Numbered from the stretch's first letter, positions 8,436 to 18,274 are shown. The stretch is 64,000 nt of DNA from Patescibacteria group bacterium (GCA_041665145.1 JBAYJK010000003.1:133177-197176); one strand, 5' to 3'. Notes: generated from the sequence alone by a model not told the origin. Made by a program: numbers and translations.

Positions 8436-10373
8436 ATGTTGCCGATTAAACGATATCTACACAACCCGATTCTCTTGCCGGACAAAGGTCAGAAATGGGA
8501 GGAATACTCTGCCTTCAACGGAGCCGTCATTAAAGTCGGCGACCAATTTCATATACTCTACCGTGCCATGTCTGAAGAGATGGATTATCATGACAGGCGA
8601 CTGCGATTGTCTTCCATCGGGCACGCCGTCAGTCGTGACGGTATTCACTTCACTGACAGAGAACAGTTCATTAAACCTGAGCTTGAGTGGGAACGCTACG
8701 GCTGCGAAGATCCGCGGACGACGTATTTTGAGGGAAAATACTACACATTTTACACGGCAATTTCCTCTTATCCGCCCGATGCAAACGGCATAAAGGTCGG
8801 ACTCGCTATAAGCGATGACATGAAGACTGTCACAGAGAAGCATCCGGTGACACCGTTTAATGCCAAAGCAATGGTCCTTTTGCCCGAACGGATAAACGGG
8901 AAAATCACCGTGCTTCTTACCGTCAATACCGATTTGCCGCCTGCTCACATTGCGTATGCCCAATTCGATAAGATCGAGGACTTGTGGTCTGACGAACTGT
9001 GGCACGAATGGTACCTGGATGTCAGTAAACACCGGGTACATCTGAAGAAAATGAAAAAAGATCAGGTAGAAGTCGGTGCAGTCCCCGTAAAGACTGAATT
9101 CGGATGGCTCTTTGTGTATTCGTACATCAGTAATTATTTTACGGGTAAGCCGGAATTCAAAGTGGAAGCGGCGATGCTCGATACAGACAACATCTCAAAA
9201 GTGATTGCAATAGCCCAGGAGCCGCTTTTGAAACCTGAGGAATTGTATGAGCTTGAAGGAACCGTCAGAAATGTAGTTTTCCCCACGGGAGCAGTTGTCA
9301 ACGGAGAAACGCTTTTCATATACTATGGAGCTGCTGATACATCCTGTTGCCTTGCCACTGTTCCGCTGATCAGTTTGTTGAAACGCATGTCATTGACACA
9401 TAGTGATATGCCCCGTCACAACCGGTATGTGGGAAACCCAATCCTGCTGCCCAAGCCCTGGCATGCGTGGGAAGCAAAAGCTGTGTCGAATGCGGGGGTA
9501 GTGAGAATAGAAGAAGAAACATTCATTCTCTACCGCGGGCTCAGCGAAGATAATACATCATCGATCGGATGTGCCATCACCCGCGATGGAATTCATATTG
9601 ACGAACGTTTTCGCGACCCTATCTATGTACCCCGCATGGAGTTTGAAAAAAAGCAGGCACAGAATGTCGGTTCAGGATGCGAAGATCCTCGCCTTACCAG
9701 AATCGACGATACGGTGTATATGTGCTACACCGCATATGACGGTGTTAATAATCCGCGCGTTGCATTAACTTCCATACTCGTTGATGACCTTAAAAATAGG
9801 AAATGGATCTGGACAAAGCCACAGCTCGTTTCACCCCCTGGAATAGATGATAAGGATGCGTGTTTATTTCCGGAAAAAATTAACGGTAAATTCGTATTTA
9901 TGCATCGTATTGAGCCTGATATTGTTTTGGATTATGTTGACAAGCTTGACTTTAGTGAAAACAAATGGCTACAAATTCGAGACGTCATACCGCCGCGGCG
10001 AAATTCCTGGGACAGTATAAAAATAGGCATTTCCGCACCTCCGATTAAATCCAAAGACGGCTGGGTACTTTTTTACCACGGCATAAATCTAGCGGATCAT
10101 GAGTATCGAGTTGGAGTAATGCTGTTGGATTTATCAAACCCCGGTACCGTTTTATCCCGAAGTGAATACCCTCTCATGGAACCAGAAACGGAGTATGAAA
10201 AAAATGGAATCGTTAATAATGTTGTGTTTCCGTGTGGTGTAGCGCTGCAAAACGATACTGCTTATATATACTACGGAGCAGCGGACAAAGTGGTATGCCT
10301 TTCTACTATAGATTTTCCGGCTTTAGTTGCCTATCTTAAAGAAGGCAGCACCTCAACGTATCTGCTTCAATAA
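8436..10373 (+). CDS. Tandem double GH130-family glycoside phosphorylase/hydrolase-like protein
   Basis: 645 aa with two full modules, each carrying the signature (YGCEDPRTTYFEGKYYTFYTA and SGCEDPRLTRIDDTVYMCYTAYDG). Starts 1 nt after the previous stop. Confidence 0.8.
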   Translation: MLPIKRYLHNPILLPDKGQKWEEYSAFNGAVIKVGDQFHILYRAMSEEMDYHDRRLRLSSIGHAVSRDGIHFTDREQFIKPELEWERYGCEDPRTTYFEGKYYTFYTAISSYPPDANGIKVGLAISDDMKTVTEKHPVTPFNAKAMVLLPERINGKITVLLTVNTDLPPAHIAYAQFDKIEDLWSDELWHEWYLDVSKHRVHLKKMKKDQVEVGAVPVKTEFGWLFVYSYISNYFTGKPEFKVEAAMLDTDNISKVIAIAQEPLLKPEELYELEGTVRNVVFPTGAVVNGETLFIYYGAADTSCCLATVPLISLLKRMSLTHSDMPRHNRYVGNPILLPKPWHAWEAKAVSNAGVVRIEEETFILYRGLSEDNTSSIGCAITRDGIHIDERFRDPIYVPRMEFEKKQAQNVGSGCEDPRLTRIDDTVYMCYTAYDGVNNPRVALTSILVDDLKNRKWIWTKPQLVSPPGIDDKDACLFPEKINGKFVFMHRIEPDIVLDYVDKLDFSENKWLQIRDVIPPRRNSWDSIKIGISAPPIKSKDGWVLFYHGINLADHEYRVGVMLLDLSNPGTVLSRSEYPLMEPETEYEKNGIVNNVVFPCGVALQNDTAYIYYGAADKVVCLSTIDFPALVAYLKEGSTSTYLLQ

Positions 10374-10377
10374 GGTA

Positions 10378-10827
10378 TTACAGAGAAAGCCTGACGAACT
10401 CACCGACCTTTATGTTTTCCCCAAGTTTGGTGATGTGTTCCTTAATAAGCTGGCCGACTGTTTTTGCAGAATCGCGAATATACGCCTGAGCTAACAGTTC
10501 TTCGGAGGTTTTTGGCTGCATGGAAGCAATTTGCATAGCGATTTCATTCCCAAGTTTTATAAAACCCTCGTTTTTTGCCACAAAGTCAGTTTCACACAAC
10601 AGGGTGACAGTAGCCCCGAACCTTCTGTTGTGATGAATATACGAAGCAATAATTCCCTGCTCGGTGCCACGATCAGACTTCTTGTCTGCAATCTCGGTAC
10701 CCCATTTCGCCAGAAGAACCTTTGCCTTCTCCATATTATCCTTACTCTCATTGAGTGCCTTGTTGCACAAAGCAATGGATACTCCGGTATCGGCACGAAG
10801 CTTCTTTACTAGTTCTACGTTAGCCAT
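10378..10827 (-). CDS. tsf: Translation elongation factor Ts (short form, 149 aa)
   Basis: N-terminal UBA-like VELVKKLRADTGVSIALCNKAL, then GIIASYIHHNRRFGATVTLLCETDFVAKNEGF. Sits directly downstream of rpsB. Confidence 0.85.
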   Translation of the reverse strand: MANVELVKKLRADTGVSIALCNKALNESKDNMEKAKVLLAKWGTEIADKKSDRGTEQGIIASYIHHNRRFGATVTLLCETDFVAKNEGFIKLGNEIAMQIASMQPKTSEELLAQAYIRDSAKTVGQLIKEHITKLGENIKVGEFVRLSL

Positions 10828-10828
10828 A

Positions 10829-11698
10829 TTATTTTTTCGATTTAACTTTTGTTACTTTGTCTTTCTTTTTTTCCACAGGTGCGCTTTTCTCCTCAGACTT
10901 CTTCTCCTCGTGCTTCTTTTCTTCGGGTTTTGTCACTTCAGCCTTTTTCTCCTCGACCGCAGTCGGAGCTACCTCTTCTGTCTTCACCTGTTTTCTTCCT
11001 TCAAGATATGAATTAAGCAAATGCGTCAAGACATATTCCAAGGTAAGAGCCGAGTCATCGTTGACAACGATTGGGAAATCAACTTCGTTCGGGTCGGCAT
11101 TTGTATCTGCAACGCCGATGATTTTTAAACCTTCTTTTCCTTCCAACAATTGCTGCAATTGTATTTTTTTTGCTTCCGAAAGCGCGTTACGCTCTTTCTT
11201 TACGTCAACAATCACGATGACACTGGGGATTTTGGCCATTTCCAAAACACCGCGGTACACTTTAAGAATTTTGTTAATTTCTTTCTCAAGTTTTACGCGC
11301 TGATGCTTTATCATGCTGTCCAATTCTCCCGTTTTTTGCTTAAGCAGGTGCTCGTTGGCTTTTTTGATGTTCTTGTGAACCTCTTCAAAATTGGTAAAAA
11401 AACCACCGACCCATTTTTCAGTCATGTAGTTTAAATTATTTTTCTGACAATATTCGGCAAGAAACGATTTGATAATACGTTTAGTTGCGATTACCAACAT
11501 CTGTTCGCCAGACGCAGCTGCCGTTTCCAACGCTTTCATTGCATTCTCTATCGACGTCTTTGTTTTGAACAAGTCGATAATATAGATCCCATTCTGGGCT
11601 TTGTGGGTGTAGGGCAGTGCTCGAGGATTAGTTCGTGCTACCTTATGACCGAAATACGCTCCCTTTTCTAAAAGTTCCTTTACATCTACTGTATTCAT
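10829..11698 (-). CDS. rpsB: 30S ribosomal protein S2 with K/E-rich C-terminal tail
   Basis: LLEKGAYFGHKVARTNPRALPY.. is an S2 N-terminus. A GGAGGAG SD lies 7 nt upstream. About 50 aa of EEKK-rich extension at the C-terminus. Confidence 0.95.
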   Translation of the reverse strand: MNTVDVKELLEKGAYFGHKVARTNPRALPYTHKAQNGIYIIDLFKTKTSIENAMKALETAAASGEQMLVIATKRIIKSFLAEYCQKNNLNYMTEKWVGGFFTNFEEVHKNIKKANEHLLKQKTGELDSMIKHQRVKLEKEINKILKVYRGVLEMAKIPSVIVIVDVKKERNALSEAKKIQLQQLLEGKEGLKIIGVADTNADPNEVDFPIVVNDDSALTLEYVLTHLLNSYLEGRKQVKTEEVAPTAVEEKKAEVTKPEEKKHEEKKSEEKSAPVEKKKDKVTKVKSKK

Positions 11699-11722
11699 GT
11701 GTTTGCTCCTCCTTATAATACC

Positions 11723-11762
11723 CTCTTTTCATCCTTATTAATTCAGGAGGAATAGAAAAGAG
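11723..11762 (-). promoter_or_regulatory. rpsB 5'-leader hairpin containing an anti-SD (CCUCCU) segment
   Basis: CTCTTTTC (11723-11730) pairs with GAAAAGAG (11755-11762), with inner TCCT/AGGA pairing. On the mRNA strand the CCTCCT could pair with the GGAGGAG SD at 11706-11712. Confidence 0.3.
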
Positions 11763-11822
11763 TACATTAAATAACTGATAATAGTAACAAGCTATTATAT
11801 AGGACAGAGTGCAAAAAGACAA

Positions 11823-12710
11823 CTATCTTTTCAAAACCTGTTCCAGAAAATCTCTGAATTCCCCGTTGATTTCTTCGTGTCGCAAAGCAAATTCAACAAC
11901 CGTCTTCATATATTCAAGTTTGTTTCCCGTGTCGAAGTACTGCCCGTTTTCAACTTCACAGGCATAGACGGGCATACCTGCTTCCTGAAGCTTATTTATC
12001 CCGTCAACCAACCAAATTTCTCCGCCCTTCCCCGGTTTAACTTGTTTCAGAGCACCGATTACCTCAGGAGGAAGTATATAAGCACCGACTAAAGCCAGGT
12101 TTGATGGTGCCTCATCGGGGTTAGGTTTCTCTACAATACGCTTGATTTTAAAGACGTGACTGTCAACCGGTTCAATGTCTGCAATTCCGTAGCGACTGAG
12201 TGAGGCTTTATCCTCTATGCGGACTCCGGAGACGACAATTCCACCGTATTTTTCCCACACCTTAATCATTTGTGCAAGACGGGGCGGTTTAGAAGATATG
12301 AACTCATCACCCCACATAACGGCAAACGGGTCGCTACCGATAACAGATTCCGCAGATAAAACCGGCGTTCCGTTGCCATACGGGCCTTTCTGACGTATAT
12401 ATATGAAGTTGGCCAGATTTGCAATTTTTTCTATCGCTTCAATAAGCGGCTCTTTCTTTGGTCCTCCCATACGGAGATTTTCCAAAAGCTCTTTATTCGG
12501 CAAATCAAAATGATCCTCAATTGTCCGCTTCAGTGCACCGGTAACCAGAATAATATCCTGAATTCCGGACTCAACCGCTTCCTCTACGACGTACTGAATA
12601 ACGGGCTTGTCAACAATGGGAAGCATTTCCTTCGGCATGGCCTTTGTTTGTGGCAGAAAGCGAGTCCCGAACCCTGCTGCAGGAATAACGGCCTTTGTTA
12701 TTGTTTTCAT
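11823..12710 (-). CDS. galU: UTP--glucose-1-phosphate uridylyltransferase
   Basis: KAVIPAAGFGTRFLPQTKAMPKEMLPIVDKPVIQYVVEEA is the GalU N-terminal signature. 295 aa. Confidence 0.9.
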   Translation of the reverse strand: MKTITKAVIPAAGFGTRFLPQTKAMPKEMLPIVDKPVIQYVVEEAVESGIQDIILVTGALKRTIEDHFDLPNKELLENLRMGGPKKEPLIEAIEKIANLANFIYIRQKGPYGNGTPVLSAESVIGSDPFAVMWGDEFISSKPPRLAQMIKVWEKYGGIVVSGVRIEDKASLSRYGIADIEPVDSHVFKIKRIVEKPNPDEAPSNLALVGAYILPPEVIGALKQVKPGKGGEIWLVDGINKLQEAGMPVYACEVENGQYFDTGNKLEYMKTVVEFALRHEEINGEFRDFLEQVLKR

Positions 12711-12734
12711 GGGAAATAATGCTAAAACTTATAG

Positions 12735-13157
12735 TTAATTATTTGGCTGCTCGCTAAATTTTATAGTGAGCGGTTGTGATGTCTGTTGCCCGTCAATTAC
12801 CCCCGATATAAGCGCTTCTCCTGGAACCCGTGAGCTTAATTTAAAAATAACACGCCCATATTTGTCCGTCAGACCTTGTGAAACATCAAGCGATCCGAGC
12901 GTTGTTGAAAGTGAAACGGCTTTGCTGTCCAACGTCCTTCCGTCCTTATTGCGTACAAAAACGGTAATTGTTACGGGTGTACCGGAAATGGAAGATTCCA
13001 AAGTGCTGGCGAGCAATACGGATCGCTCAATTGAGACAATATCCTGGCCGGCACGGGTGACGTTTCTGATCGGACCCCTAAAGACTGCAATTCCCACTGT
13101 CATGGTAAATAGCAGCACAAACGCGAAAAAAAACGCATATAGTTTTTTGTCGTTCAT
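12735..13157 (-). CDS. Membrane-anchored protein with bacterial Ig-like (Big_1-like) domain
   Basis: N-terminal TM, then a beta-rich repeat (VTITVFVRNKDGRTLDSKAVSLSTTLGSL..DKYGRVIFKLSS..GEALISG) resembling invasin/intimin Ig folds. Confidence 0.5.
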   Translation of the reverse strand: MNDKKLYAFFFAFVLLFTMTVGIAVFRGPIRNVTRAGQDIVSIERSVLLASTLESSISGTPVTITVFVRNKDGRTLDSKAVSLSTTLGSLDVSQGLTDKYGRVIFKLSSRVPGEALISGVIDGQQTSQPLTIKFSEQPNN

Positions 13158-13167
13158 GTTATGTATA

Positions 13168-13176
13168 ATTATAACA
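13168..13176 (-). promoter_or_regulatory. Extended -10 box TGTTATAAT, 10 nt upstream of ATG 13157
   Basis: Minus strand reads TGTTATAAT-tatacataac-ATG. Confidence 0.45.
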
Positions 13177-13192
13177 CAGTATTTTTATAAAT

Positions 13193-13594
13193 TTGTCAAA
13201 AGCCACGGTGAAATTTTTTGTAGTTGCTAATAAGCTGAACCCTAACCTATCGACAGTCTTGCGTATGGTTGATTTCTTACAACAGCGGGGACATGACATT
13301 GTATACTTTCAACCCCTGCAGAAAACTGCGACTTTCAATTTTGAACACAAGCTTGAACTTCTAAAAAGTTGCGATCGGTTAATCTTTGAAGCATCATTCG
13401 GTGATTTCGATGACGGCTTTCTTGTATCGCTTGCAACAAGTAAGCTGATAAAAAAAACCCTCATCATATACAATGTTACTAATGCTGACATCGTGCCCGA
13501 GGTAATACGCGGATGCACATACCCGCACGTATATATAAAACCATATAACACATGGCAAGACTTGCAAAATATATTAACTCTATTGCAGTTTTAA
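13193..13594 (+). CDS. Hypothetical protein, nucleoside 2-deoxyribosyltransferase-like (Rossmann-like) fold suspected
   Basis: 133 aa with a TTG start in the track. Pattern ..CDRLIFEASFGDFDDGFLVSLA...KKTLIIY resembles the N-terminal domain of the Tmk fusion at 18310-19404. Confidence 0.45.
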   Translation: MSKATVKFFVVANKLNPNLSTVLRMVDFLQQRGHDIVYFQPLQKTATFNFEHKLELLKSCDRLIFEASFGDFDDGFLVSLATSKLIKKTLIIYNVTNADIVPEVIRGCTYPHVYIKPYNTWQDLQNILTLLQF

Positions 13595-15279
13595 TACGTC
13601 ATCATCGTACCTACCTTCTTTTCTTACTCGGGGTTTTGCTGGTTTATACCAGATTTGTAAACTTGCCATGGGGGTTTCCGAACCTTATGCACCCCGATGA
13701 AAATAATATGATGAGTTCGGTGATGCAATTGCAGTGTGATGTGCGAAACGTGCGTGATTGTCTGAATCCGCATTTTTTTGCCTACGGACAGTTTTCGATT
13801 TATCTTGCTTCCGCATTGTCCCACCTATTGAAGAGTATTCTGCGTGAGCCGGTTCTATCACCGCTACATGTTTCTCTCACGCTCAGGTTTATCTCGGCAG
13901 TGAGCTCTGTTATCACCGGTTTTTATTTGTACAAATTCACCAAGAAAAAAATAAGATCGGACTGGATCTCTCTGTTATCGCTATTCTTTTACGTTTGCAC
14001 TCCTCTTTTTATCCAGGCAGCTCACTTCGGAACTACTGAGAGCTTACTGATGCTTCTTTTGATGCTTACGGTCTATTACGAGCAAGCGGTTTTATTACAG
14101 GCTTTTTTCGTAGGATTGGCAGTAGCCGTCAAACCATCAGGTTTATTGTTCGGTATTGTTCCGCTTTTAACACTCGTGGTTCAGTTTCAAAAAAGAAAGA
14201 ATATTTTCCGATTTATGTTCCGTGGAATTCTTGCCGCTATGATTATCGTCATTACCACATTTATCGGCTCGCCCCACTATTTTATTCATTTTACTGACTT
14301 TATCGGTACGTTCCAATACGAGAGTTCCGTTGCAACAGGGGCAATGCGAGTTTTCTATACAGAACAGTTTGCTCAAACCCTTCCGATAGTATTTCAATTT
14401 CACCGCGTTCTACCATATACTATCGGGTGGGGCACGATGTTGTTGGGTGTCGTGGGAATGGTCATAAGTTTGAAAAAATATCGCTTCCACGTGTTTGTAT
14501 TCAGTCTGTTTTTCTTGTACAATTCCCTGCTCTATGCTAAGTGGACACGGTTCATCGTTCCCTATATGCCCCTTTTCATTTTCTTTGCAATGGTCTCGAC
14601 GTATACGCTCTACGTTAACCTTAAAAAACACACGAACATTGTCATCGCCACAATCTTTTTGTTGGTATTTTCAGTTTACCAGATGATCATCGGTGTCGCG
14701 TACCTGTCGATTTACCAATCGCCCGATGTCCGGACAACAGCAACAAATTGGATTATTGCCACTTTGCCTCAAAACAAAAAAATGCTTTCGGAAAGTGCCA
14801 ATGTAGTTGACGTTCCTCTTGGCTATACCGGTAAGTATCAGTACTACAACCCATTTATTAATGACATCGACGGCAACCAAGAGTTGCGGAAATCCGTAAT
14901 GAGTGCACTACGAACAACCGATTTTCTTATTATTCCTTCGAGGCGGGTATTTGCTGATTACACATGTTACCGCTCCGTTAATTACAAAAAAACGGGCAAT
15001 ATAGTCAGGACAAGTATTTACAGTTCGCACATCAGCTTGGACAAAGATTGTAACAAAACCGAGCTGTCGTACCCAGCCCTCCACGAATACTATACCGAGG
15101 TGCTGGGCAACAAGAACGCTTATGAATTGTTGGCCGAATTCAGTTCATATCCGAAACTGACCGTATTAAACATTACGTTGCTTGAATTTCCGGACGAACT
15201 TGCGGAGGAAACATGGACAGTGTTTGATCATCCTGTTATCAGGGTTTATCGACGAGTTAATTCCGGTATACCTCTATGA
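13552..15279 (+). CDS. GT-C fold membrane glycosyltransferase (family 39/ArnT-PMT-like)
   Basis: 575 aa, more than 10 TM, first-loop motif NLMHPDENNMM and a soluble C-terminal domain. Overlaps the upstream ORF by 43 nt. Confidence 0.7.
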   Translation: MARLAKYINSIAVLIRHHRTYLLFLLGVLLVYTRFVNLPWGFPNLMHPDENNMMSSVMQLQCDVRNVRDCLNPHFFAYGQFSIYLASALSHLLKSILREPVLSPLHVSLTLRFISAVSSVITGFYLYKFTKKKIRSDWISLLSLFFYVCTPLFIQAAHFGTTESLLMLLLMLTVYYEQAVLLQAFFVGLAVAVKPSGLLFGIVPLLTLVVQFQKRKNIFRFMFRGILAAMIIVITTFIGSPHYFIHFTDFIGTFQYESSVATGAMRVFYTEQFAQTLPIVFQFHRVLPYTIGWGTMLLGVVGMVISLKKYRFHVFVFSLFFLYNSLLYAKWTRFIVPYMPLFIFFAMVSTYTLYVNLKKHTNIVIATIFLLVFSVYQMIIGVAYLSIYQSPDVRTTATNWIIATLPQNKKMLSESANVVDVPLGYTGKYQYYNPFINDIDGNQELRKSVMSALRTTDFLIIPSRRVFADYTCYRSVNYKKTGNIVRTSIYSSHISLDKDCNKTELSYPALHEYYTEVLGNKNAYELLAEFSSYPKLTVLNITLLEFPDELAEETWTVFDHPVIRVYRRVNSGIPL

Positions 15280-16967
15280 TAGTTTCGGTTGCCGGACTCA
15301 TCAGTGTATTGTTCTACTGGCTTGTCATTAATTTTCACCTTGACGGCGCATACAATCAGGATCTGGGAAGACATCTTAAGCTTGGTGAAATTATTGTGAA
15401 CACCGGCACGGTCCCCTTTACAAACCTTTTTACCTATACCCACACGGAGTATCCGTTTGTTAATCATCATTGGTTATCTGAGGTCGTGTACTACTTCACA
15501 CACACATTGGGTGGAGATACCGCTTTGTTGATCCAGAAGATTGTGTTGCTTATTTTGATAAGTATTCTTATCTGGGTATTTCTGGGCAGAAGTAAAGACA
15601 AAATCATCTGGTTTGTCTTAAGTCACATTATATTTCTACCCTTGTTTCTCGAAAGACCGGATACTCGTCCCGAAATTTTCGGTTATGTATTTTTTACATA
15701 TCTGCTCTGCGTATTGGTTGAAAAGAGGCGCATAGCATACCTCATTCCCATACCTATATGTATGGCTTTATGGGTAAATATGCACATCACATTTGTATTC
15801 GGCTATTTTCTGCTGTTTTTTGTTGCAATTACTTATGGGCGGAAAAGTTATCCGATAGTTTTTCTTTCATTTGCTGCGACACTGCTAAACCCCCGATTTT
15901 TATACGGAGCCGTGTTCCCGTTTTTCATATTTAAAGATTATGGGTACACAATTGCCGAGAATCAAAGTATTTCGCTCCTGTTGCAAGTCACCAATAACTC
16001 TAATCTTAAGTACATTTTACTATTGCTGCCTGCGTTTTTTTCGGCTTTGTTTTCTGCTATTTATGCAAAAAAGTATGCCCTTTTTCTTATCGGTCTTACT
16101 TTTATGATTCTCACCGCGTTTCAAGCTCGGCACCTCCCATTTTTTGTCATCACAATTCTTGTTGCGTCAGTTTACTTGGGAAATTTGCCATGGCATTTGT
16201 TTCCTGCACGAATGGTAGGCTATTTGAGTGACAACCGGTATCTTTTTGTGAGTGTACTGCTGATAGGATACAGTAGTTTCGTGCTACTTTTTTACGGAAA
16301 CATGAATGAGCAGAATTTATTCGGAACTTTCGGTTACAGTAAAGACTACGAGCGCTCTACACGGTTCTTAATGGAGAACCGTCTACCCGGTCCACTCTTC
16401 AATAATTTTGACAATGGCGGATATCTTGACTACAAACTGTATCCGACGTATCTCACCTTTGTTGACAACCGCCCGGACGCCTTCCCCGGGAATTTTTTCA
16501 AAGAAACATATATACCGATGCAGGAAAACTCGGAAGCGTGGGAAAAAGCGGAAAAAAAATATAAGTTCAAAACAATAATTTTTTCGTATACCGACCAAAC
16601 CCCGTGGGCACAGAGCTTTATTAAGTTTATCTTGTCCCGCGCTGAATGGAAATTGGTTTATCTTGACGGAACTTCTTTCATTCTTACCCGGTCGGGTAAC
16701 TATATCGATATCCGCAGTCAGCCGGGAAAACTGGACAGCATTATCGATGCTGAAGGAAACTATAAAGCTCTTGTTTACCTGTCGCTCCTATTGTCATCCA
16801 TAAAGCAAAACAAGTTGTCCGTCAGAGCTTTCATAAAAGCCCAAAGTATCAATCCGGATTCGTGCTCAGTAGGAAGGGTGGAACAAATCTATTATTCGGA
16901 GCTGAATACGAATTATTATTCAAACTTAGCTGCTCAGAGCAAAGCACGGCATTGGTATTGTTTTTAG
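15276..16967 (+). CDS. Polytopic membrane protein, GT-C-like (second of pair)
   Basis: 563 aa. N-terminal TM, then the loop YNQDLGRHLKLGEIIVNTGTVPFTNLFTYT..HHWLSEV, many TMs and a C-terminal soluble domain. 4-nt overlap with the previous gene. Confidence 0.6.
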   Translation: MIVSVAGLISVLFYWLVINFHLDGAYNQDLGRHLKLGEIIVNTGTVPFTNLFTYTHTEYPFVNHHWLSEVVYYFTHTLGGDTALLIQKIVLLILISILIWVFLGRSKDKIIWFVLSHIIFLPLFLERPDTRPEIFGYVFFTYLLCVLVEKRRIAYLIPIPICMALWVNMHITFVFGYFLLFFVAITYGRKSYPIVFLSFAATLLNPRFLYGAVFPFFIFKDYGYTIAENQSISLLLQVTNNSNLKYILLLLPAFFSALFSAIYAKKYALFLIGLTFMILTAFQARHLPFFVITILVASVYLGNLPWHLFPARMVGYLSDNRYLFVSVLLIGYSSFVLLFYGNMNEQNLFGTFGYSKDYERSTRFLMENRLPGPLFNNFDNGGYLDYKLYPTYLTFVDNRPDAFPGNFFKETYIPMQENSEAWEKAEKKYKFKTIIFSYTDQTPWAQSFIKFILSRAEWKLVYLDGTSFILTRSGNYIDIRSQPGKLDSIIDAEGNYKALVYLSLLLSSIKQNKLSVRAFIKAQSINPDSCSVGRVEQIYYSELNTNYYSNLAAQSKARHWYCF

Positions 16968-18274
16968 GGAAGCGGAAATCTTTTTGCAAACACAACTGTT
17001 TCTTTGAATGTTTTTGCTATCCACGTATCAACCCGTAATCTCCGGGTAAGATCTTTCAAGTATGGTGCCCTTTTCTCTTTTTCTGCGGGCAGTTTCTCGT
17101 TCCGCATGTGCTCAATAAGATCTGCAATCTTGTTACCGACAAACACCATTTCTTTTTCCTTCATTTTTCGGGTAGTTGCAGCGGGAGTTCCCAGTCTGAT
17201 TCCTGAAGGGTAATACGGAGAACTCGGGTCTTTGGGAATTGTATTTTTGTTGACAGTCAAACCGATAGCATCAAGTCCTTTCTCAATGATTGCCCCACCT
17301 CCGGGACCAAATAAGGGAACGAGGTTCAAAAGAAGCATATGATTCTCGGTTCCGTTACCGACGAGAGATATGCCTCTTTTTTTGAGCGTTTCGCCGAGAG
17401 TTTTCGCATTTTTAACAATCTGATGAGCATAATTCGAAAAAGCCTTTGTTGAATCTTCTCCGAGAGCTATTCCAATTGCCGCTGTCTGATGGTTATGAGG
17501 TCCTCCCTGAAACCCCGGGAAAATAGCTTTGTCAATTTTCATTCCCAGCTCAGGATCTTTATTAAGCCCTTTTTCCGTTACCATTATCATTCCTCCACGT
17601 GGTCCACGGAGCGTCTTATGCGTAGTAGTGGTTACGATGTGAGCATACGGCACCGGAGATACGTGTGCACCGCCAACGACAAGTCCTGCAATATGGGCAA
17701 TGTCTGACGCTAGATAGGCGCCGACAGAATCCGCAATTTCTGCAAACGAAGCGAAATCATATTCGTAAACATATGCAGTAGCTCCGGTCCAGATCAGTTT
17801 GGGTTTGTGTTCTTTTGCGAGCTTCCATACTTCATCAATATCCAATCTGCCATCCTCCGTTACATGATATGGGACACTTTTGTAAAATAATGCAGTCGCC
17901 GAAACTTTCCAACCGTGCGTCAGATGACCGCCGTCGGGCAGGTTAAGCCCCATCACAGTGTCTCCCGGATTGCAGGTAGCCAGGTACACGGCGAAATTAG
18001 CCGGCGAACCCGAGTAGGGCTGAACATTAACAAACGGCACATTGAAAAGTTTCTTTGCTCTGTCCTGTGTCTCCAGTTCGATTCTGTCTATAAATTCGTT
18101 ACCTCCGTAATACCGCTTGTTCGGGTAACCTTCTGAATACTTGTTAGTAAGAATCGAACCCATAGCTGTTCTCACTGCCTTTGAAGCGTAGTTCTCCGAC
18201 GGAATGAGCTCTAAGCCCTCTTTCTGACGCTTAAACTCTCTCTGGATAAGTTGTTGTATTCTATCCACGGGCAT
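16964..18274 (-). CDS. glyA: Serine hydroxymethyltransferase
   Basis: LELIPSENYAS, YSEGYPNKRYYGG and TTTTHKTLRGPRGG (PLP lysine motif). 436 aa. Confidence 0.95.
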   Translation of the reverse strand: MPVDRIQQLIQREFKRQKEGLELIPSENYASKAVRTAMGSILTNKYSEGYPNKRYYGGNEFIDRIELETQDRAKKLFNVPFVNVQPYSGSPANFAVYLATCNPGDTVMGLNLPDGGHLTHGWKVSATALFYKSVPYHVTEDGRLDIDEVWKLAKEHKPKLIWTGATAYVYEYDFASFAEIADSVGAYLASDIAHIAGLVVGGAHVSPVPYAHIVTTTTHKTLRGPRGGMIMVTEKGLNKDPELGMKIDKAIFPGFQGGPHNHQTAAIGIALGEDSTKAFSNYAHQIVKNAKTLGETLKKRGISLVGNGTENHMLLLNLVPLFGPGGGAIIEKGLDAIGLTVNKNTIPKDPSSPYYPSGIRLGTPAATTRKMKEKEMVFVGNKIADLIEHMRNEKLPAEKEKRAPYLKDLTRRLRVDTWIAKTFKETVVFAKRFPLP

